Shown piece by piece: positions 28,295 to 31,682 of a DNA stretch of 31,682 bases. Where the stretch lies: assembly GCA_031372565.1 (NCBI GenBank), contig JANMLN010000063.1:1-31682 (forward strand), written 5' to 3'. The position numbers and the translations under genes were made by a program. Under the pieces are notes generated by a model that saw nothing but the letters and a program-made list of their open reading frames with translations, searched no databases and had not been told where the DNA came from. Within the stretch, counting starts at the first letter, position 1; the number at the start of each line of letters is the position of its first letter. The stretch comes from Gemmatimonadota bacterium. Its GTDB lineage: Bacteria; Gemmatimonadota; Gemmatimonadetes; Gemmatimonadales; Gemmatimonadaceae.

Positions 28295-29653
28295 GTGACA
28301 GACTCCGAACGCTGGCTGCCGGCCCGCACGGCGTGGACCATGGTGGCGATCCTGACGCTCGCCAATGCGTCGGCGTTCGTCGATCGGTTCGTGCTCGCCT
28401 TTCTCGTGACGCCGATCAAGGCCGATCTGGGACTCACCGACAGCCAGGTCGGGGCGATGTTGGGGCTGCCGTTCGCCCTCTTCTACGCGCTCGCGGCCAT
28501 TCCCATCGGCTGGCTCGCAGACACCAGGAGTCGGCGGCTCGTCGTGAGTCTCTCGGTTGCGGCATGGAGCCTGTTCACGATCGGCTGCGGCCTGGTGCGG
28601 TCGTACTCCGGGCTCTTTGCGATGCGCATCGGTGTGGCGGTGGGGGAGGCCGGGCTCACGCCGCCCGCCCTGTCGCTCATGAGCGACGCCTTTCCTCCCG
28701 CACGACTGGCGACGGCGCTGTCGGTCTTCTCGGTGGGCATCTTTCTCGGTGCCGGGGTGGCCAACATCGTGGGAGGCAGTCTGGTCGCTGCGGTCGCGGG
28801 TCGCGCCGAGTGGGTGCTGCCGCTTGTGGGGGCCGTGAAGCCGTGGCAGGCCATCTTCGTCGCGGTCGGACTGCCCGGGATGCTGATCGCAGCCGTCGCC
28901 GCCTTCATGCCGGAGCCCCCTCGTCGTCCTGAGCGCAGCGAAGGACCTGCTTCTGCTCTCGCGCCCACACTCGCCTCCCCCCCCGCCACCGACCCGTCGA
29001 CCCGACCCTCACTCGCGTCGTTCCTCGGCACACACTGGGTCCTCCTGTGCACCTTCGCCCTCGCGGTCTCCTGCTTCTCCACGGTGAATAACGGCATCGC
29101 CGGTTGGCTGCCGACCTTCTTCCAGCGCGTACACGGCTGGACAGCGCAGCAGTCCGGGCTGGTGGCGGGAACCTTCACCGCGACCATCGGCGTGTCGGGA
29201 GCGCTGTTCGCCGGGCGCTGGGCCGACCGGATGCGCGTACGTGGCAAGCTCGACGCCGACCTGATCGTCTTTCTCGCGGGCTCGATTGGCATGGGCCTCG
29301 CCGCCGTCGTCTTTCCGCTGATGGCCACGGGCTTCGGCTCCGCCGCAGTGCTGGCGGTGGTGAACTTCCCGGCCGCATTCCCATTCGGCGTCAGCTTCGC
29401 GGCCATCGCCGTCGTCACCCCGCCACACCTGCGCGCGCAGGTGGCCGCACTCTTCCTGCTGGTCACAAATCTGCTCGGATTGGCCGTCGGGCCGTGGTTG
29501 GTGGGGTATCTCACCGACCGCGTCTTCCACGACGAACTGGCCATTGGCAAGGCGCTCTCGCTGCTGGCGGGCGCTGGGCACCTGGGTGCGACCGGTTGCA
29601 TGCTCGCGGCGCGCACCCGCTTTCGGAAGGCGGCGGCAGTATCTTGGAACTGA
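28295..29653 (+). CDS. MFS transporter (spinster-like)
   Basis: AFVDR, IKADLGLTDSQVG, GWLADTRSRR (motif A), RIGVAVGEA, about 12 TM. Start uncertain (GTG 28295 or TTG 28259). Confidence 0.92.
   Translation: MTDSERWLPARTAWTMVAILTLANASAFVDRFVLAFLVTPIKADLGLTDSQVGAMLGLPFALFYALAAIPIGWLADTRSRRLVVSLSVAAWSLFTIGCGLVRSYSGLFAMRIGVAVGEAGLTPPALSLMSDAFPPARLATALSVFSVGIFLGAGVANIVGGSLVAAVAGRAEWVLPLVGAVKPWQAIFVAVGLPGMLIAAVAAFMPEPPRRPERSEGPASALAPTLASPPATDPSTRPSLASFLGTHWVLLCTFALAVSCFSTVNNGIAGWLPTFFQRVHGWTAQQSGLVAGTFTATIGVSGALFAGRWADRMRVRGKLDADLIVFLAGSIGMGLAAVVFPLMATGFGSAAVLAVVNFPAAFPFGVSFAAIAVVTPPHLRAQVAALFLLVTNLLGLAVGPWLVGYLTDRVFHDELAIGKALSLLAGAGHLGATGCMLAARTRFRKAAAVSWN
28921..28952 (+). repeat. REP-like palindromic element, copy inside the MFS coding sequence
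   Basis: TCGTCGTCCTGAGCGCAGCGAAGGACCTGCTT is the exact reverse complement of 30423-30454. Internal stem GTCCT...AGGAC. Confidence 0.85.
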
Positions 29654-29733
29654 GATAGTTGCCCGGGTGTTCCAGCTGGCGTGGCTATCCCTGATCCATC
29701 GCTCCCGCTCGCGCCCCCAGCCTGAGGTCATTC

Positions 29734-30312
29734 ATGCTCGCGTTCCTGTCCGCTCTGCTGCTCCTGCCCTCGACGCAGGCCCCTATCGCCACCGTCGTCG
29801 ACAAGGCCCACAGTGAGATCAACTTCGTGGCCGAAGCGCGCTTCCTGTCGGCGCACGGCTTCTTCAACACGTGGGACGCCGAGGTCCAGCTCGATCGGGA
29901 GAACATGACGGCGTCCACGATCAAGATCACGATCGACACGAAGAGCATCACGACCCGCAACGATCGTCGCGACAATCACCTGCGCAGCAACGACTTCTTC
30001 GCGGTGGACTCGTTCCCGTCGATCGTGTTCGTGTCGAAGAAGATCACGGCCGACGGCGACAAGTCCTGGAAGATCACCGGCGACCTCACGGTCCGCGGCA
30101 AGACGCGCGAGGTGACGGTGCCGGTCAAGGAAGTCTTCTGGGACAACGGGCAGGCTGGAGCGACGGGGCCGCAGGCGGCAGGCCGTGGGCGCTGGAAGGG
30201 GGCCTTCAGCATCAAGCGCAAGGAGTACAACATCAACTACGACTCGCGCATGAACCCGATCGCGGATGACATCGAGATCCAGTTCAACTTCTCGCTGACC
30301 GAGAAGAAGTAG
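29734..30312 (+). CDS. YceI family (polyisoprenoid-binding) periplasmic protein
   Basis: Signal peptide, VDKAHSEINF, SITTRNDRRDNHLRSNDFF, FPSIVF, GDLTVRGKT. Confidence 0.95.
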   Translation: MLAFLSALLLLPSTQAPIATVVDKAHSEINFVAEARFLSAHGFFNTWDAEVQLDRENMTASTIKITIDTKSITTRNDRRDNHLRSNDFFAVDSFPSIVFVSKKITADGDKSWKITGDLTVRGKTREVTVPVKEVFWDNGQAGATGPQAAGRGRWKGAFSIKRKEYNINYDSRMNPIADDIEIQFNFSLTEKK

Positions 30313-30336
30313 GTCACAGCCGGTCGTGAGACTGAG

Positions 30337-30369
30337 CGGCCCTGCCACGCGCGTTGCGTGGCAGGGCCG
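30337..30369. terminator. Perfect 14-bp stem-loop between convergent yceI and DUF502 genes
   Basis: CGGCCCTGCCACGC-GCGTT-GCGTGGCAGGGCCG, followed by GTGTGGTTT-like sequence on the + strand. Confidence 0.65.
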
Positions 30370-30392
30370 TGTGGTTTCGGGGGGGGAGAGAA

Positions 30393-30454
30393 AAGCAGGT
30401 CCTTCGCTGCGCTCAGGACGACAAGCAGGTCCTTCGCTGCGCTCAGGACGACGA
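30393..30454 (-). repeat. Two perfect tandem copies of the 30-bp REP-like element
   Basis: AAGCAGGTCCTTCGCTGCGCTCAGGACGAC at 30393-30422 and 30423-30452, with no spacer. Confidence 0.9.
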
Positions 30455-31024
30455 CGGGGGGGTGGGAAGCGGAAGCGCCTCGCGCTCCAGGTTGGTGACG
30501 CCCGCCGAGACCACGAATGCCATCACGGCCGCCGGATCGGCGTCGATGGGCTCCACATTCGAACGCGCGATGATCAACGTGATCCCCGCGAACGCATACG
30601 CCTGCGGGATGTACACCGCGACGTGACCCGGCAGGTGGAGCGCCTCGAGGGAGTCCTGCGTGATGAACCCCAGGGCCCGCGCGCCGTCCGGCACCAGCGT
30701 CACGAGCGCGGGCCGGTTGAACCGCCGCTTTTCGCCGACGAACGCGTTGAGCATGTCCTTCGTCGAGCTGTATACGATGCGCACGAACGGCACGCGGTCG
30801 AGCAACCCGTCGAACCAACCGATCAGCTGGCTCGTGATCAGGTTGGCCGCGAGGAAGCCGAACAGCGTGATGAAGGCGAACGTGAGCACGGCGCCGGCGC
30901 CGGGCCATGGCAGGTTGAGCCAGCCATCGATGACCTGAAAGGCGCGCACCACCACCCAGCCGGTGATGGCGACCGGTGCCAGCAGGACCAGGCCCCGGAG
31001 GAAGTGCTTGAGCAGTGGGCGCAT
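30443..31024 (-). CDS. DUF502 family membrane protein
   Basis: FLRGLVLLAPVAIT, LDRVPFVRIVYSSTKD, LGFIT, VAVYIP, FVVSAG. Confidence 0.92.
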   Translation of the reverse strand: MRPLLKHFLRGLVLLAPVAITGWVVVRAFQVIDGWLNLPWPGAGAVLTFAFITLFGFLAANLITSQLIGWFDGLLDRVPFVRIVYSSTKDMLNAFVGEKRRFNRPALVTLVPDGARALGFITQDSLEALHLPGHVAVYIPQAYAFAGITLIIARSNVEPIDADPAAVMAFVVSAGVTNLEREALPLPTPPSSS

Positions 31025-31048
31025 GCTGCGACCCGGCGATGTGCGGGG

Positions 31049-31498
31049 CTAGTTCTTGCGAATGCGCTTGACGTTCGCGCCGAAGAGCTCTTCGGGATGC
31101 CCGCACCGTTCGCAGTCGCGATAGACGTCGACCAGGGTCCAGCCGGCGGGGGTCGGGGCCGTCGTGCACACCTCGATCGTCGAACCCGAGGCGCGGCCCT
31201 CGATCTGCTCGATCGCCCAGACATTGTACAGCTTGATGGCGGCGGGGTTCGCGCCGTCGCACTGGTTGCTGTCGCGCAGGTCATCCACGAGCGCCCACCC
31301 GGCCGGGATCTTGCCGCCGCGGCAGATGATCTGCCGCTTCCCCTTGGGATCCATCCCCGCCTTCGAGGTTCCCGTCACCGTGGTCGGCTTCTGCTGCGCG
31401 AGTGTCGCGCGCGCCGGAACGACCAGCGCGGCGGTGGCGGTCACGACGACGACGGAAAGATGGCGAGCAGAAACGGCGAAGCGGCGGCTCATCGGCAT
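31049..31498 (-). CDS. Secreted hypothetical protein with two Cys/Trp-containing internal repeats
   Basis: GGAG RBS before the ATG at 31498. Signal peptide ends around TLA-QQ. Repeats are IICRGGKIPAGWALVDDLRDSNQC..NVWAI and EVCTTAPTPAGWTLVDVYRDCERC..NVKRI. Confidence 0.7.
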   Translation of the reverse strand: MPMSRRFAVSARHLSVVVVTATAALVVPARATLAQQKPTTVTGTSKAGMDPKGKRQIICRGGKIPAGWALVDDLRDSNQCDGANPAAIKLYNVWAIEQIEGRASGSTIEVCTTAPTPAGWTLVDVYRDCERCGHPEELFGANVKRIRKN

Positions 31499-31682
31499 GT
31501 CGGGCTCCAGGCGGGAAGGGCGAGGCGGCGCGCGCGTGGACGCGGACGCTGACGGAGAGCATCGTACAGCGGTCGCCAGCCCAAGGCAAACCGTTACCGG
31601 CGCCAACTGTTTGATTCGCGGGTTGTGGGCCCTAGTTTCCGTGCAATGACCAGCCCCGAAACACTCACGCCGCCGGCGGCCG

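Noticed and set aside
30393..30452. Possible CRISPR array (30-bp palindromic repeats)
   Set aside because: The copies are directly adjacent with no spacer, there are no cas genes, and a third copy is dispersed inside a CDS. This fits a REP-like element.

Overview
High-GC bacterial chromosomal segment. The gene set suggests Gemmatimonadota, but that is inference only. It holds about 28 genes and no rRNA, tRNA, CRISPR array or transposase. Left arm (+): the end of a phenylacetate catabolic operon (paaH-paaI-paaJ-paaZ) running into patatin, SDR, an ACAD10/11-type acyl-CoA dehydrogenase and an APH phosphotransferase (an lvaD/lvaC/lvaA-like module), then an alpha/beta hydrolase and an ABC exporter. 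Centre, the most unusual part: a compact minus-strand operon of a D-Ala-D-Ala-ligase-like ATP-grasp protein, a second ATP-grasp protein fused to a SET/post-SET methyltransferase domain whose usual ELxxDY Tyr is Phe, and a stand-alone ABC-type transmembrane domain. It converges on a signal-peptide-bearing M55 D-aminopeptidase and has a palindrome-rich promoter region. Next come tspO, an orphan wzm-wzt pair, lactate permease, a tandem NTF2-like protein, DUF2239-MATE with repeated operator-like boxes, fadN-fadA, an MFS transporter, yceI, DUF502 and a secreted Cys/Trp repeat protein. A 30-32 bp REP-like element occurs three times, once in frame inside the MFS gene. The first ~90 bp encode a Ser/Thr kinase fragment abruptly joined to paaH, probably a chimeric junction.
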